From Callorhinchus milii (lineage: Eukaryota): a stretch of 64,000 bases of DNA. The position numbers and the translations under genes are program-made. Within the stretch, counting starts at the first letter, position 1. The number at the start of each line of letters is the position of its first letter. The stretch covers positions 13,704,001 to 13,768,000 of the forward strand of contig NW_024704743.1 in NCBI RefSeq assembly GCF_018977255.1, read 5' to 3'. Shown piece after piece: positions 27,801 to 42,800 of the stretch. Under the pieces are notes generated by a model. That model ran no database searches and was not told where the DNA came from. It was given only the letters and a program-made list of their open reading frames with translations.

Positions 27801-30800
27801 GATCTGTTGTTTTACTCATCCTTTGAGGAACTGGACTTCCCAAACTATTAGGAAGTACTGACTGAAGATTGTTACATTCTCCCATCATTTCACCCCTGAT
27901 TACTCACACAATCATTTTAATTAAGATCAGTAAATAGAGAAACTTAGACTCTTTAAAATTCATTTAGTATTGATGGATATCACATTTCACTACAACTACA
28001 CAGCCTGTGACTAGCTTTGAGTAATTTCAACATTATAGATAGCATATCAAATACAAGATAATTTCTTCCCATTAAGATTAAAACTAAAATCAATTCTCCC
28101 ATCAAAAGTATGTCCTTTTTCCCTTAGCCAGACTTTGTAACTCCTGTATCTCAGTAGAGTCTAAGTGCTCTGAGATGCTACCCTGTGTGGAGGGCGCTAT
28201 ATAAGTGCAAATTGTTGCTGATGTTGTTGAGTCCCTCTTGAAGAATGGAACTCATCACGGTTTGAAGCTGTTAAGTGTGACTCTTCTGTCAGTCAGTGGT
28301 GGAATACAGAGGTCAGTGACATTTCTGGCTTTTGTTCAAAAATGACAACACTGAATAGTTGGCATTTGAAACTTGAAATTTCATCAGCACTTCAAAACTC
28401 ACTTCAAACACTCAAAGCTCAAAAACAAATCATTTGAGAAGCAAGAGTAAGAACTCAAGAATGTTGCTTTTGGATGTTTTGACCTCTCCTTCCTCCCATT
28501 TTGACGAAAATGTCTCACTGAGAAAGCCTTGATTTATTAGGGAGAAACAACACAATTGAACCCAATCCATTCATAAAGTCTCACCCATATATCGGGGAAT
28601 TACAGACTGCCAATGTGCTTCAACTGGAGAGACATTAGGTTTAAAATACAATAGAATTTACATTTAAATAGCACCTTTCATGTTGAAAGAATGGGTTAAA
28701 GCACTTACAAATGTGTTATTTACAACAGGAAGTTGCAAACAGCGCCTCCCACTGGTCACTGAATGCATGCCATATTGCCCCTAAAGGTGGTCTCTACAGG
28801 CAGCATTGGAGCAGAGTTTCCACGGGTCAATATGACACATATCTGATTACATTCAATAGTCGCATTTTAAATTTCCTGTTACGAGTATCATGTTTTCACC
28901 CCTGCTTACCATCTGCTCTGCATCTACACAAGCAATTGGCAATGACACTAGGTCAGACAAAATAATAATAATAATCCTTGCATTTGATATAGCGCTTTTC
29001 ACGTCTCAAAGCGCTTCACATAATATACTGTAAAGTTAATTGACTGTGTATTTGTGGGCGAAACACAGTAGCCAATTGCGCACAGCAGTGTCCCACAAAC
29101 AGTCGGGGATTGAAGTGACCAATTTATTATTGTTTTTTTTCTTGAGGAATTATGATCAGGCGTGCGGAGTAAGAAAACTTGTCCAAGGTTTCGCCCTGCC
29201 GGGAATCAAACCCAGGTCTCTTGCTTGTAAGACGAGTACTCTAACCACTGAGCTACAGGTCTCCACAACATAGGAACAAATTGCATTTATTGAAAGTGAC
29301 AATGTGAGTTTGCAATGGGAAAATCCACCATTGGACTACCACAACGTTAACAGAGCACTGTAGGAAATTCATTACAATGGTTTTAAATTCTCAGGAAGAT
29401 GCTGAAAGATATTCCAAGCTTTCCCACCCCTCCCGAATACAGGGCAAAGGTGCGGTCTATATATTGGCCTGTTCTGGATGTGATTCAGTTCAATTTTAAA
29501 AGCAGAAGGAAAGGAAGGAGTCATAAAGGAAAAAAAATTAAAGTAAATGAGCTGACCTTGTCCAACCAGCCCTTGTTTTTTTTCTAAACAATAACTATAT
29601 GAAAATTCCAACCCTCAAACAAGTTATTTGGAATTTACGTACTTATTGTGACAATGGGCTGTGTATTTCAGCTGCTTTTAGCAATTTTGCCAAAGCAAGT
29701 CTTGCACCCCTGCATCTTTCATTTCCTTCCTTTCCTTCTATTTTCTAAATTGAATTGAATCACATCCAGAACAGACCAGTATATAATCTTTGCGCTGTGT
29801 TTGGGAAATGAGGGAAAGCTTGAAATATTTTTCAATACCTTTGTGAAGAAATAGCCCTAATTCCAAACAACAACATTTGGTTTTTAAGCTCATTAAGAAA
29901 TAGCTTTATCAACTTGTCAAGGGGGAAGCTGAAAGAAATTTGGAGTGTGAATTGACTCATTGCTCAATGTAATGAGTCAATTACATGTCAAAACAGTGCG
30001 AGGCAGCAATAAACAAGGCAAACAGGATGCTGAACTATTTTACCAAATCAGTTGTTTTCAGATCCCCATAAATCATACTCAGTATGTACAGTGCTCTGGT
30101 CAGCCCGCACCTAGAGTTCTGTATTCCATTCAAGTCACCATGACATAAGGGCCTAGAGGTGGGCCATAGAACCAATGCAGAGGAGAGCAACGAGCAATGT
30201 TGGAGGAATGAGCAACAATTTAACAACTGGGACTCTTCAGTCTTACAATGAGATGTCTCAGAGAGGACATATAGAGCTATACAAGATTTTAAATGGGATT
30301 GAGAAGTAAACTCAGATCAATACTTTTGGATGTACCAAGACAGGAGAACAAGAAAATATGTGTTTAGAGATGCAAAGGGCAATTTCAGGACTGATACCAA
30401 GAAGTATTTCTTTATGCAGAGGGTAATTAATACCTGGAACAGCTTGATGCTGTGATGGGAAGGCAGTAGAGTGGGTATTCTAGAAGGGTGAGATTAAACA
30501 GACCTTCATTCAAACCTCGTGTGATCTTGTGAACACTGAGTCAAGTAAATGAAACTGGTTTATATCAGACAGAGAATGACAAGGGGTTCAGGACTCTGTT
30601 GAATAAGGATTTGCACATACCAATATGTAATTGTTAAAACTGTTAACCACTTTTATGATAGTTTTAGTTTTTATAACTATTTGGAGTTCAGATACTACTG
30701 GATTCTATCTCTATGATCTCTTGTGCAATGCTAAGCTCTTTTTAGGTTTCTTGTTATTAACTCGATGGGTTTAAACACTGCTTATTTCATCCAAACAAAA

Positions 30801-33800
30801 TTCAACTGATATCTCCACAGCTGTCTTTCATATACAAAAGGTATTATCTTTGAATAGTATTTCCATTGGGATGTCTGAGTGTTCTTTCATACTTTTAGTA
30901 CATATTTGGACATTAGTAATGCAGGAATGAGACTGTGTTCCAGGGCTGCTAAATTGAACAATCCATAGAACTCTCCGCAGGCAACGACTGGATACCAAAA
31001 TGAACATACACAGATTAAGGAATCGGACAGGGATGCTTGCTGCTTTAAGGCTTTACAGAAGCCAACTGTGATTCTGCGCCTTGTGCTTTGTTATTTTGAG
31101 CATTCAACATACAAGTCCTGAGGAGTCAGGACTGGGGCAGGATTTGGGGCAAAGAGCGGCTTTCATTAAATAGAACCTGCGTTTAGGACTGTGACTGAAA
31201 GATACTAATCTTGGCAAGAGCGTGACTCTCCCCCACTTTGCTGGCTTCTGCTTCATGTAGAACAAGAACTACAGAAATACAATAATACAGCTTTTAAGCA
31301 AATTAGGCTCTTCTTTCAGGACTTCCTATAGTTTCACAATATGTCCTGATAAAAGTATTGGCCTGTCTCTGTGCATAAAAATCTGTTAGCATTGACGTAC
31401 AGCATGCAGTTTCTCTTCCACTTTAGAAAAAGTTCATACATATATAAAAAAAAGTTTTATTAACTCATGCAGAGGATCAGGTTCTCTGTCATCTCTATAG
31501 ATCCAAAGCAAAGCAAGTTTCTGCAGAGACAAGAGAGAGAGATCTGTTTAATTAGAGTTTTAAGGATACTGTATTTGGAAGGATGCCATCAACACACAAA
31601 CTGTTATCAGTATTTACTTTATTACCATAGCAACATCCAGCATCCTGACCCTTACTTACTCCCTGAGACTTATCGGTTGAACTAATTGGACAAAAAACAT
31701 TTAGAGATCCAATCCTCATTTTATACTGCGATCCAAAATGATTTCACTTGCAGCCGGAAGCAATGTGGAACTGGGAGGAGCTGGAAGGAGCCACTGTCAG
31801 ACGCCTGATAATGGAATACTGGAATCAATTTGACTGGGTGGTAGTCTCGGTTGTCCAGTTTCTGAACCAGACAGGTCAACGGCACTTTAGACAGACAAGC
31901 AAGCCTGGTGGCATAGTGTGTCCCTCCAGGAAGAGAGTGCAAAGCTCCATTCCAGACACAGGGACATTTCTAGATATATGTGGAACTTCCATTCTGGTTT
32001 GAATAACTCACAAACAGACTAATGGATTTTCATGTTAATAATAATAATATTTATTAAATTTGGTATAGCACATTTCATGTCGGGAGGACGTCCCAAAGCG
32101 CTTCACAGAAATATACTGGGAAGTGACTGGTGTCTCTTTGTGGGTGAATGGAGTTGACCAGTACACCAGGAGAAACTCCCTTCTCTTTCTGAGTAGTGCC
32201 ATAAGATCTTTAACGTCCACCTGAACAGGTTGACGGCACCTCAGTTTAATGTCTCATCTGTAGGTTGGCACTGCCAACAATCCAACACAGCCCCACCGCT
32301 GCAATGAAGTGTCATCTGAAACTATATAGTTCCAAGTACCGATGTGGGGTTTGAACCCACAATCTTTTGACTCAGAAGCGAGAGTGCTACCAACTGAGCC
32401 AATTGGTTATACACTTGACTGATTAAAAAAAACACAGAGCTGGAAGTCTGATATATGTTTCCTACTCTTCATGGCACTATCCTGGGACTACGCACAATTG
32501 GACACTTCCAAATGACAAGGCTCAGCTCCAATTTATACTAATTGTCTCAATTCAAACCATAAGTTCTGTACTTATAGACTGTGCCCACCACTGTGGAGTC
32601 CTGTAGCTCAGTGGTTAGAGCACTTGCATCGCAAGCGAGACACCTGTGTTCAGTTCCCGACGGGGTGAAATGTTGGACAAGTTTCCTTACTCCACACTAG
32701 CAGTAAGTAGGAACCTGGTTGTTAGTCGATTGGCAGATCATTTTTCCTTCAAAAAAAAAGCAAAAAATTTGTGACTTCAATCCATGATTGTGAGAAAACT
32801 GCTGTGTGCAATTGTCTGCCACGTTTCACCCACAAAATATACAGTCAATTCAGAGATCCAATCCTCAGACCTGCTGAGTGTTCCCAGCGACTTCTGTTTT
32901 TGTTTCACTTTATAGTATATTCTGTGAAGCGCTTTGAGATATCTCGAAGATATGATGAGGTGCTATATCAAATGTAAGGATTATTATTATAAACACAATG
33001 TTGCACTGATATCAAAAAGAGGCTGCAACGACCCTATTTATTTTTATGCTTTTTGCAAACTATTCTTGTCAGGTGGGGGGTAGGATGATCCACACTGTGA
33101 ACATCTGCAGTGGAAACCATTGCACTATCAGCAGATGTGTGTGATGTTTATCAACACTGAATAGGACGTAGGCAGATCCCACTCCCCTCTCCACTTTGTT
33201 CTGAATGGTGAAGTCTAAAAAGCCGGGTTCCCTGCATGCTGGATTTCCGGATCATGACCTTTGACTGTGGGTTAGTGGGATACCAGTCTTTAATAAACAA
33301 ACAACTCAAAGAGCTGGTGTCTCTTCCGCTAACTGTCAGTCGAATGCTGTGACTTGAGAGAAGGACTACGCTGGTAGTCCAGCTTTGTAGGCTTCACCAT
33401 TGAGCTCAGTATAGGGTGCGGGCGGTGAAGTCAGGGGGATGGGGGGAAGGCTGCCACTGGCCCATTTGATGCAACATATTCTCTGCAAAATACAATCACG
33501 ACACTTTACAGTAAATCCTGTGAAGCTTTTTGAGAAGTTCTACGAATGCGGAAGGCGCTGCATTAAATGCAAGGATTACTACTTTGTGATATTTGTGTAA
33601 ATATCACACAATCCACATAATCAAACCCCTCATGTCTTATCTTGTTTACATCTAGTTTGTGAGGCATTATAAAAGTCCGAGTTGGGGGGGGGAAGAAGTG
33701 TTTTCCAAAATATACAGTCAGTTCACTTTACAGTATATTCTGTGAAGGGCTTTGAAACGTCTCAAAAGACGTGATAAGGCACTATATCAAATGAAAGGAT

Positions 33801-36800
33801 TATTATTATTATCAAAATTCCTGACCCCAGTTGTCGGAGTTGTTTCCTTCTATGATGGGAACAGCAGTGTTTAAAGAGTACGAAGAGTCTCTCAGGCGAC
33901 ACATTTCAACACCCACCAACCCCCACCCCCCACCTCAACAAGCAGCTGGTTGCAATTACGTTCATCATAGGACCCCAAAGAATGTTAGACTGAACCAATT
34001 ATGACTGTATTTGTCAACCAGAGTTCATATGGGCCCGCATTTAGAAAGATATTGGAGTCAAAATGTTTGAGTTATGATTTCTCCTGTTAATTTTTTGTGT
34101 ATCTATGTATCTTGTAAATAAGTCTGAACAAATACTGTGCTGTAATACTGTCTCCTCACATTTTTTTCACAGATATCTGTGTAAATATGACTGCCCACCC
34201 CACCCAGAAGCGAGACTGTACATCCATCAGTCATTTAAATTGAGCACCCTGAAGTCATTTGGGATTGTACTGTAATCTCCCCCACTCCGCCTCACCGCCA
34301 ATGTTTGGGACTACACTCACAAACATTATGATATATTTCACCGCCAAGGGACATTTTTGATGTAGTGCCCTCCCTTCTTCCCCACCGGCATTAGAGACTG
34401 TAACACACAAGTACACACACACATTAGCATCTTGGGATGTCCTCGTGGAGTGAAAGTGCTATATAATTGTAAATTCATGTTGCATTAATGTTAGGAAAAG
34501 TACACTCCCCCCACCCCAAAGTTTGGGACTGTCTTAATGGGAAGGAATAAGTGCCTGAGCAAAAAGAGGGTGATAATGGTCTCACGCACTTCATTCTGAA
34601 CTGTGTTGCCCATCAGGACAGTTGCAGAGAGGGAGTTCCTGGTACCTTCCAACCACCTAGTGAGGGCTCAAACCTGCCCTTCTGTGCTTCATACTCTCCA
34701 GATTTAGGTAAGCAGAATGCATCCCTCTGGGGAGAGAGTGCGCATTCTATTCTAGATACAAGAATTTCTATGTGCCGGTGGGAATCATGGAACTCTCAGT
34801 CTGGTCTGGATACGTGTGGTTTCTGCATGTGTCAAACACCCAGCTGAAATCCTGCCTTTACCGAGGTGACATTCACTCTGCTCTCACACTGATCTCCAAC
34901 TGAGCCCCAGGGACCTGCTTTCCCCACAATTCCGCGCCTTGGGATGTCCTCTCGACATGAAAGGTGCTCTACAAATGTAATTTTGTTGTTGTGTGGAGGG
35001 CGAATCAGAGGTCAGTGTCTGAGTGGATTGTCGTAATACATGTCCATGTCTCGCAGAATTCACCTTTTGTAGATCTCACACTTTAAACCCCACTTAAACC
35101 CTTTTTAACTCTGCTTTTACAAATCCTCATTTGAATTCCTTTTTAAGAATAACATGCAGAAGCACAACAATTTTGTGTTCCTATTTCCTGAATCGCTTCC
35201 TCACTGAAACATTGCTTCAGGCCAGCCACACAGCAGTTTGCACTGAGTTCAACTGTGGGTCAGCAAAAACAGGCTAATGTGCTTTCAGCTACTATGCCAC
35301 AACCCTTTGCCATTCCCTGCCTCAACGCCTTTGTCTTGCTCCCTATTTGTCTGTCTTCAGATCACACCTTTGACTATTTTCGTCTTTGACTATAGCTACG
35401 GTCACCTCCCCTTTCTCCTCGGCTCAGTGTCAAATTACACCATTGTAGTTCTGAGACGCTGCTCATATGAAGGGTGTTATAAAAAATGCAAATTATTGTT
35501 GTTATTGTAACGTGTTGGGACAAGCTCCCATTTTTAGAAGGCGAACATTTCTTCCAGTGGTTTTCTGATCTTATATGTCTGGTTACAACTGAAGTATTGA
35601 ACAAGTGCTGCAGGTGTGAAGCAAGGCTACAGAGTACAAAAAAGGTAGCCTTTTAGACAACTGATTGACATTAAAGTGGCACCATCTTCATGAAATGTGC
35701 TTGACAAAGCATATCCTCTGGGAAGCAAAGAGACACCCCCTACTCCAATAAAAAGTGGGCTCACCTCCCGGGCCACCTTTGACTGCAACTCGGCTCCACA
35801 AAAGCTGGCACTGAGATCGATAACTGAGGAGATTTCCAAAGGGTTCAGACCGCTTGAAAGATATCCAACTTCCTACAAAATTTGCTCGTTACAATTCCTC
35901 TCGCACATCTTGCAAGAAGGTCTCTAAAGCCAGAGGAGTTACGTGGTCACCTTGGTAGCAGACTCATTTAGCCTCTCAACCACACAGACAATATAAAGTA
36001 GCCACACAGTTTGCTGACTTGCTAGTAGTATCAGTATTATCTAGTTAAACTTCAGCAGTACCCCAACGTACATTCTGGGGTTCCCAAAGCTTGGCTGTTG
36101 CCAGGCTGCATCTAATACTTTCCGGAATTAGGTAAGCAAAGTATATCCTTTCAAATTCCATTCCAAACTTGGGAATTTCCATGGGAATTGTATAGGTGGT
36201 ACACATATGTGGAACTCTCAGTCCGGTTTGGATACTCAAGCATGATGATACGTTTCTGCATGTGTTAAGACACCCGGCTGACCAAAGAAACCTTCTTTCT
36301 GTCTTTATCTCTCTCTCACACACATACACACACTCTGTACTGGTGTCAATCCACTGCACAAAGCCAGAGAGACGCCACTGTTGGCCAGAAAACCTTACCT
36401 TTGTGTGGAGACTATGAAATCCAAACTCTCCTGATCACCAATCAGATGACTCGTGTCGAATATTACACTGAATTCATACTGTAGGATATAAAAGGGAATT
36501 GGAGATTAGCAGATCATTTTATGGAGAACAGCTTGTTTGGTGATCTTCCAAATTGTGACATTTCCAAATCAGACGTTCATGCAGAATATCTTTGGATCTG
36601 ATCAACAACAGCAACAATTTGCATTTATATAGAACCTTTCATGTAGGGAGTATGTCCGATCACTCGGGCAATAACCCTTTCCATTAGTTTCAGGTCTCCT
36701 CTATGTGAGGCGACAAGTGACATGGAAGGGGTGTTGTTAGGAAGTCTGGACATTTTCTGTATAATCTGCCTCCGAGATCAAATGCGCACATCTCAAAGAT

Positions 36801-39800
36801 AATAAAGCCTCTACTGACAGTAACCATGTCCAAGGAAGATCCAATAAATAATAGACATCTTCATCTCATCTAACCAGATTGCTGGCCTTTCACTGAACAG
36901 ATAGCAATGAAGAGCAGGGCTCTGATGTCATTGGCCTCTTGTAGCAGCAACACAAAGTACAGAGGCTTGGACCTGCCAAACAATTAGCTGATATTAAACA
37001 GGGTGACTATGGATACACTACAACTGGCTCTGTGTTGGGAAGTGTCAAAATTCAGCCAAGGCTCCTGCTTATATTCACAATTTAGTGTACATATAGCAGG
37101 ATTGGGCTCACCCATGGTACCCACCATTGTTAAAAGAGAGTTACACAGTACTTGGGTAGTCGAGGTATTAAGGGGTATAATGAAAGGGCGGGGCACTAGG
37201 TTAAAAAGTCAGCTAAGCTGTAATAAACTGACGGAACTGGCTTGATGGTCTGGATGACCTCCAGTGCTGAACAGCCAATTGATGCTCACACTTACTGTCC
37301 AGGCTCACACGTCAATACTGGACTTGTGGGAGAGGTGGCAAGTGGCTGGTTCCTGAGCTACAAGGCTCTAGTCACTGCCTCATGGACAGAGGAGAATAGA
37401 GTAAATGTAAGACGAAAGGAAAACCATTTCCAAACAGCAATATGTGACCAAGGAATCCTTTTTGCTTGTGCTTTTATTTAAAATTTGAAAATTTTTAACT
37501 GTTAACAAAGACAAACTGTATGTCATGGAAGTACTTTCTGTCGCCACAAAATAAATCTGATCACTTCACAAGTCCTTAAGATCTTCAGTGATTTATAATG
37601 GCTCCTCCTTCCTCAAGCCAGTGCCACAGAAATCTTAACTTTGGCATAAAAATAATATCCAAAATTGGCGCTTGATTAATGACAGCAAACAGACAGGAAC
37701 AGAAGAGACTAAAAAAAACTCTTTTGTTGGGAGTAATTTTGACTTCAGAGCAATTTCCTTCGAGAAATAAAGTGTTTTCCTGTGTGCATGGCTGAACAGA
37801 ACAGTTGTAACACTGCCACGTCAAACAGACACAGTGCTTTCAATAAGCTGGACATGAAACCAAAGCGATTTTAACAAGCAACCTGGTGTAATGTGTATGT
37901 ATGTACCTCATGCAGACAAACAATAACACTGGGCTTTCATTATCAAGTAAATGTGTTCTATGCTTTCCCTTTTTGTACATGTTTTGCTCTCCCTTGGTTG
38001 TTCCCAGTCCGAGACACAGATGGCAGGCAGTCAATCTGCAACAATGTCAAATGCCACACTCACCGGCCACTAGGAGGAGCAGGAGAGCAGAGGTGAAAGT
38101 GGTTGCAATGGACACGGTGGTTGCCGCTGCATGTAAAGGTGGAGGAGAAAGTGCTGTCTGACTAATGAAGAGGAGTGAGTGGTATTTATTTATCACACCA
38201 TTGAAAAATACAGTCACTGAGGCCACTCAGTAAACAGGCAAGACTCTTAAGTGTGACTGTTACTGTCTTACTGTCACAACAATAATAATATTGTTGCCAC
38301 CTGGTGTGTGGAGTAAGGAAACTTGCCCAAGGTTTCGCCCTCTGCCTGGAATCGAACCCAGGTCTCTCACTTGCGAGGCGAGTGCTCTAACCACTGAGCT
38401 ACAGGACTCCACAGTGGTGGACACAGGATTCTAACCACTGCAATGGTACAAACTGGAGCCTGTCTATAGCACCCATTGGACTCACCAATCAGTAGCAACA
38501 GAGGGCAGAGCATTGGTCTAACCTTCATTTTTTTTCTTGAGCTAAAGTGCTATCTTGCTAACTGGCACTCTAACCCATGAAGGAAATGTCTCCCGGTATC
38601 CTGGCCAATTATCACCTAGATAAATCACTCATATCATCATAATAATACTTCCTTGCATTTGATATAATGCCTTTCATTTTGTCAAGATTTCTTCATGGCT
38701 GTTTGTGGTACATTGCTATGTGTAAATTGGCTGCTACATTTATCTACAGTCACTACACTTTACAGAATAACCAATGTAAATATACACTGCATTTTGGACA
38801 TTCACTTGTTTACTGTTTGGGAAATTAGGGGGAAGCGTTGAAGAAAATTCCCCATGATGACTAAATAAGTCCAGCTGAGATCATGAGACCATTGATAATA
38901 ATAATAGTAATTCTTGCATTTGATATAGCACCTTATCAAGTCTTTGAGACATCTCAAAGTGCTTCACAGAATATAATGTAAAGTGAATTGATATATTGTA
39001 TGGCTGAAAAGTGGCAGCCAATTGTGCACAGCAGTGTCCCACAAACAATCGTGGATTGAGTGACCAAATTATTATTTTTTTTAAAGCAATTATTACCCCT
39101 GGATCTGCTAATTGAATAACAACCAGGTTCCTACTTACTGTTAGATAAACAGAGGCGTGTGGAGTAAGCAAACTTGTCCAAGGTTTCACCCTGGCAGGGA
39201 ATCAAATCCAGGTCCTCTCGCTTGCAAAGGCGAGTGCTCTAATTACTAAGCTATAGGACTTCACAAGTTCTGATCTTTGTTACGCCATGATTTAATATGT
39301 TCTTAATGGAATAGATTCCTTTGTACCTTGACAACAATAAATTACATTTGTATAATGCCTTTCACGTCTGGAGGGCGTCATAAGGGTTGACCTGGATGCA
39401 TTGTTAGCAGCTGTGGAAGACTTCATGTTCGGAAGGAGTTTAACCATAAACAAATGAACCTATCTTGTCCATACGCATCCGATTGACTTATAGACAGCAG
39501 GATTGGTGGGGGGAAGGGGGGCTATGATGGCATCCAGCACTGGGCTGTGTAAAGCGTATTTTGGGACCAAATAAATAAATAAAGAAACAAACAAATAAAC
39601 AAAGAAACAAAGATCAAAAAGAAAGACAATACAGAATAGTGTTAAACTTTTGAAAACAAAAGTGAAGTGTAGACAACGAAGAAAGACTGTGCACAAGTAC
39701 AATGACTAAACAACTAAAGCTTCAAATGCAATCATTGAGACTGTAGCAGCTGGTGTGAAGAAAATAGACTCAGCACTGTACCTTAGACTGGGATCTCATG

Positions 39801-42800
39801 AAAGGAAATCCCACACTGCACTTGAGGAAGTCCGACTCGAGCAGTTCACAGGACGTGCCCTTTTCTTCCTGAAATGAAATGACAAGAAGGGTGAGAAGTG
39901 ACCAACTGCAAGTAAGAAAACTGTTGGGAGAACAATGGCCAATAAACATGGCAGGATACACACTGCCCTTGGTGGAGGGTTTCCTTCTTGATAAGGTACC
40001 AGCAACAATTAGAGGAGTGAAAGGAAATGTATAATTATAAATCCCTCATTTCTCTTTACTTTTATTTACCATATGTAAAAACAATCTGGGGCTTTCTCAA
40101 TGTCCGGTTCTCAAGCAATAAGCTCATCAGTGAATGTGCTTCCAGAGGACTGGTATCATTTATTGAGACAGCTTCTTTCTGCACCTAATCATTGCAAGTG
40201 CCAGGAAAGGACACCAGCCCAACTCCTTTAGCTTGTTCTGGGCCCATTCAGGTAACTAGGGTTCATCCGAACCCTCCGGGGAGAGAATGCACACTCCATT
40301 CCAAACATAGGGAAATGTCCAGGTGTACATGGTACATATATATATTGGAAACGCTGTCATCTACTTAATTAATCCTTTAATCCATGCATTTGGTATAGCA
40401 CCTTATCATGTTGTTGAGACGTGTCCAAGCACATCATATAATTTTACTGTAAGGTGGTGTGACTGTATGTAATTTTGGGTGAATGGTCCAGCCAATTCGC
40501 ACACAGCAATGTCCCACAAATAGCAACAGAGTGAATGACCAATTTTATTTGGGGACTGTTGGCCTGGAAACCAGAAAAAAAATCCTCTCTTTTCAAATAG
40601 TCTCGATTTGAACCCACAAGCTTCTGACTCAGAGGCGAAGAGTGCTACCAACTAATCCTGTTGGAAATTGCATGATATTAGACACAATATTGAACAGATT
40701 ACATGCTAAACCTGATGGAAAACGTGTCTGTTTGGTCCTGAAATGCCAGCTGAACAATCACATAGGGCAGAATCCCATGTGAGCTTGAAGTGTCACCACA
40801 TGGGAGAGTTACCGTGTATCGAGTTGGTAGCAATAAAGTTGTAGTTGGTTTTGATAATAAACCCGGTACACAGACAGAACTGAAAAGTTCCAGGTTTTTG
40901 ATAAAGGATCCAGAGAATTAAATCTAATCAGGAACATTCTTTCAATGTAAATAGTTTACAAACTGATAACAAATCGCCAGCAACCAGCTGTTGTGTCAAC
41001 TGAAACATCCAGAGCCTCTCTTAGGAATTTTGAAACAGCATATTGGTTTGACCCACCTTACAGCACAAGCACCATTCTCCCAGCAACGTATTACACTTCT
41101 ATTTCCGTCAAAAGGAAAGCCATTTTCCTACAGCTGTTGTGATCATTGAATCAAGTGCATATTGAATTGAGTTACTGGTATCTTAAAGTAATGTGCAGGG
41201 CAGGCATTGCGCTGTCGAGCAGGAGGGGGACAGCACAGTCTTACCCAAACACTAAACGGTGGAGAACACACACAATGCTGGCAATCAGAAGCTGGTACCG
41301 ATATTACTCAAAGGCAGCTCACATCCTGCCAGTTTGTGCACAGTCACCAGTCAGGGAATGAAAAACATAACAGGTTTTATTGTTATGAAAGAATATGTTA
41401 CTAAACTACTCGCCTTAGGCAGCATTTACTGAAGGAGCAATGTCAGTGTGTTGAGAGCTGCCAGACAAGTTCACTTCCTATAATGCTGTGTAACATTGCT
41501 GAGTCATAAAGATTTTAAACACGGGGTCTTTAGTTTGATCTTTGTAGCGAATCTAAGACAAAGATGATGATTGGGGAAAAATGCAGTATGTGATATTATC
41601 ACTGATGATATTTATCCCATGCATCAAATTGTGGTCAAAAGCTGTAACACTGGCTCTACTTCACCCATGCGATCTGATCCTAGACATCACTGCACCCAAT
41701 CCTATCATTGTTTCATTTACCATAGATAAATATTGTGAATCTCTGGAATGCTTAAGAAGGCCTATGGTTTATCTCAAAACCTCAAACTCCCCTCCTCTCC
41801 TCAGTGATTCCCCCAATTTTGATATGAATCAGTGGTTAGAGCACTCGCTTTGCAAGCGGGAGACCTGAGTTCAATTCCAGGCAGAGGGTGAAACCTTTGG
41901 GCAAGTTTCCTTACTCCACACGCCTAATAATAATCCCTCCAAAACCAAAAGCAATAATAAATTGGTCATTTTCAATCTACGACTGTTTGTGGAACATTGC
42001 TGTGCGCAATTGGCTGCCTCGTTCGCCCACAAATATACAGTCAATTCACTTTACAGTGTGTCCTGTGAAGCGCTTTGGGTTGTCCTCCTGACGTGAAAAG
42101 CACTATATCAAATGCAAGGATTATTATTATTATTATTATGAAGAGTTCTGAGGTGTTCACCCTATGTGAAAGGCTGGTACCTGCCCTGCAGATTACTTCA
42201 GATACAAATAAGAGCACGCTGGCATTGAGTCAACGAAGCTCACATATTCCAATGAATCTGGTGACTGACCCAAATCCAGTTCACCAGAGGCCATATGTGT
42301 TACGAAGCTCTAGGGTGTTGGTTGAGAGTAGAAAGGGAACTTTTGGATTAGTTTTCATGTTGAAGAATTTGAGAGTAAAAAGGCATCAACTTTCTCACAC
42401 AATGTTTAGCTAGACATTCTTTGGTTGATATAAAATCATGCACATCTCTTTTGGCTCTTCTCCCTCCTCAAAGAAATAAAAGATATTTTGCCAAACACTT
42501 TTTTGGGAAGACTGTGGAGCTTTTGAATAAAAAAAATTGCACATATTTTTCTCCAGTTCACAAGTTTATAGAAGTCTGGAATGCTTTGCACAGAGTTGAA
42601 TCAACTCTTTGTTAAGAATTTTTCTTTTTTAAAAAAAAGGTCTTTATAAAAGACAATTAACGATAGGAATATCCATAATATGTTTGTATTTTTTTTTAAA
42701 ATCCCCTGCTTGCCATTTAAAAGGTTTTTAAACACAATTACTTATGCAGGCAGGGTATGTACAGCTCTGGCAAGGATCAGAGGGCGTGTCAGTCTAGTTT

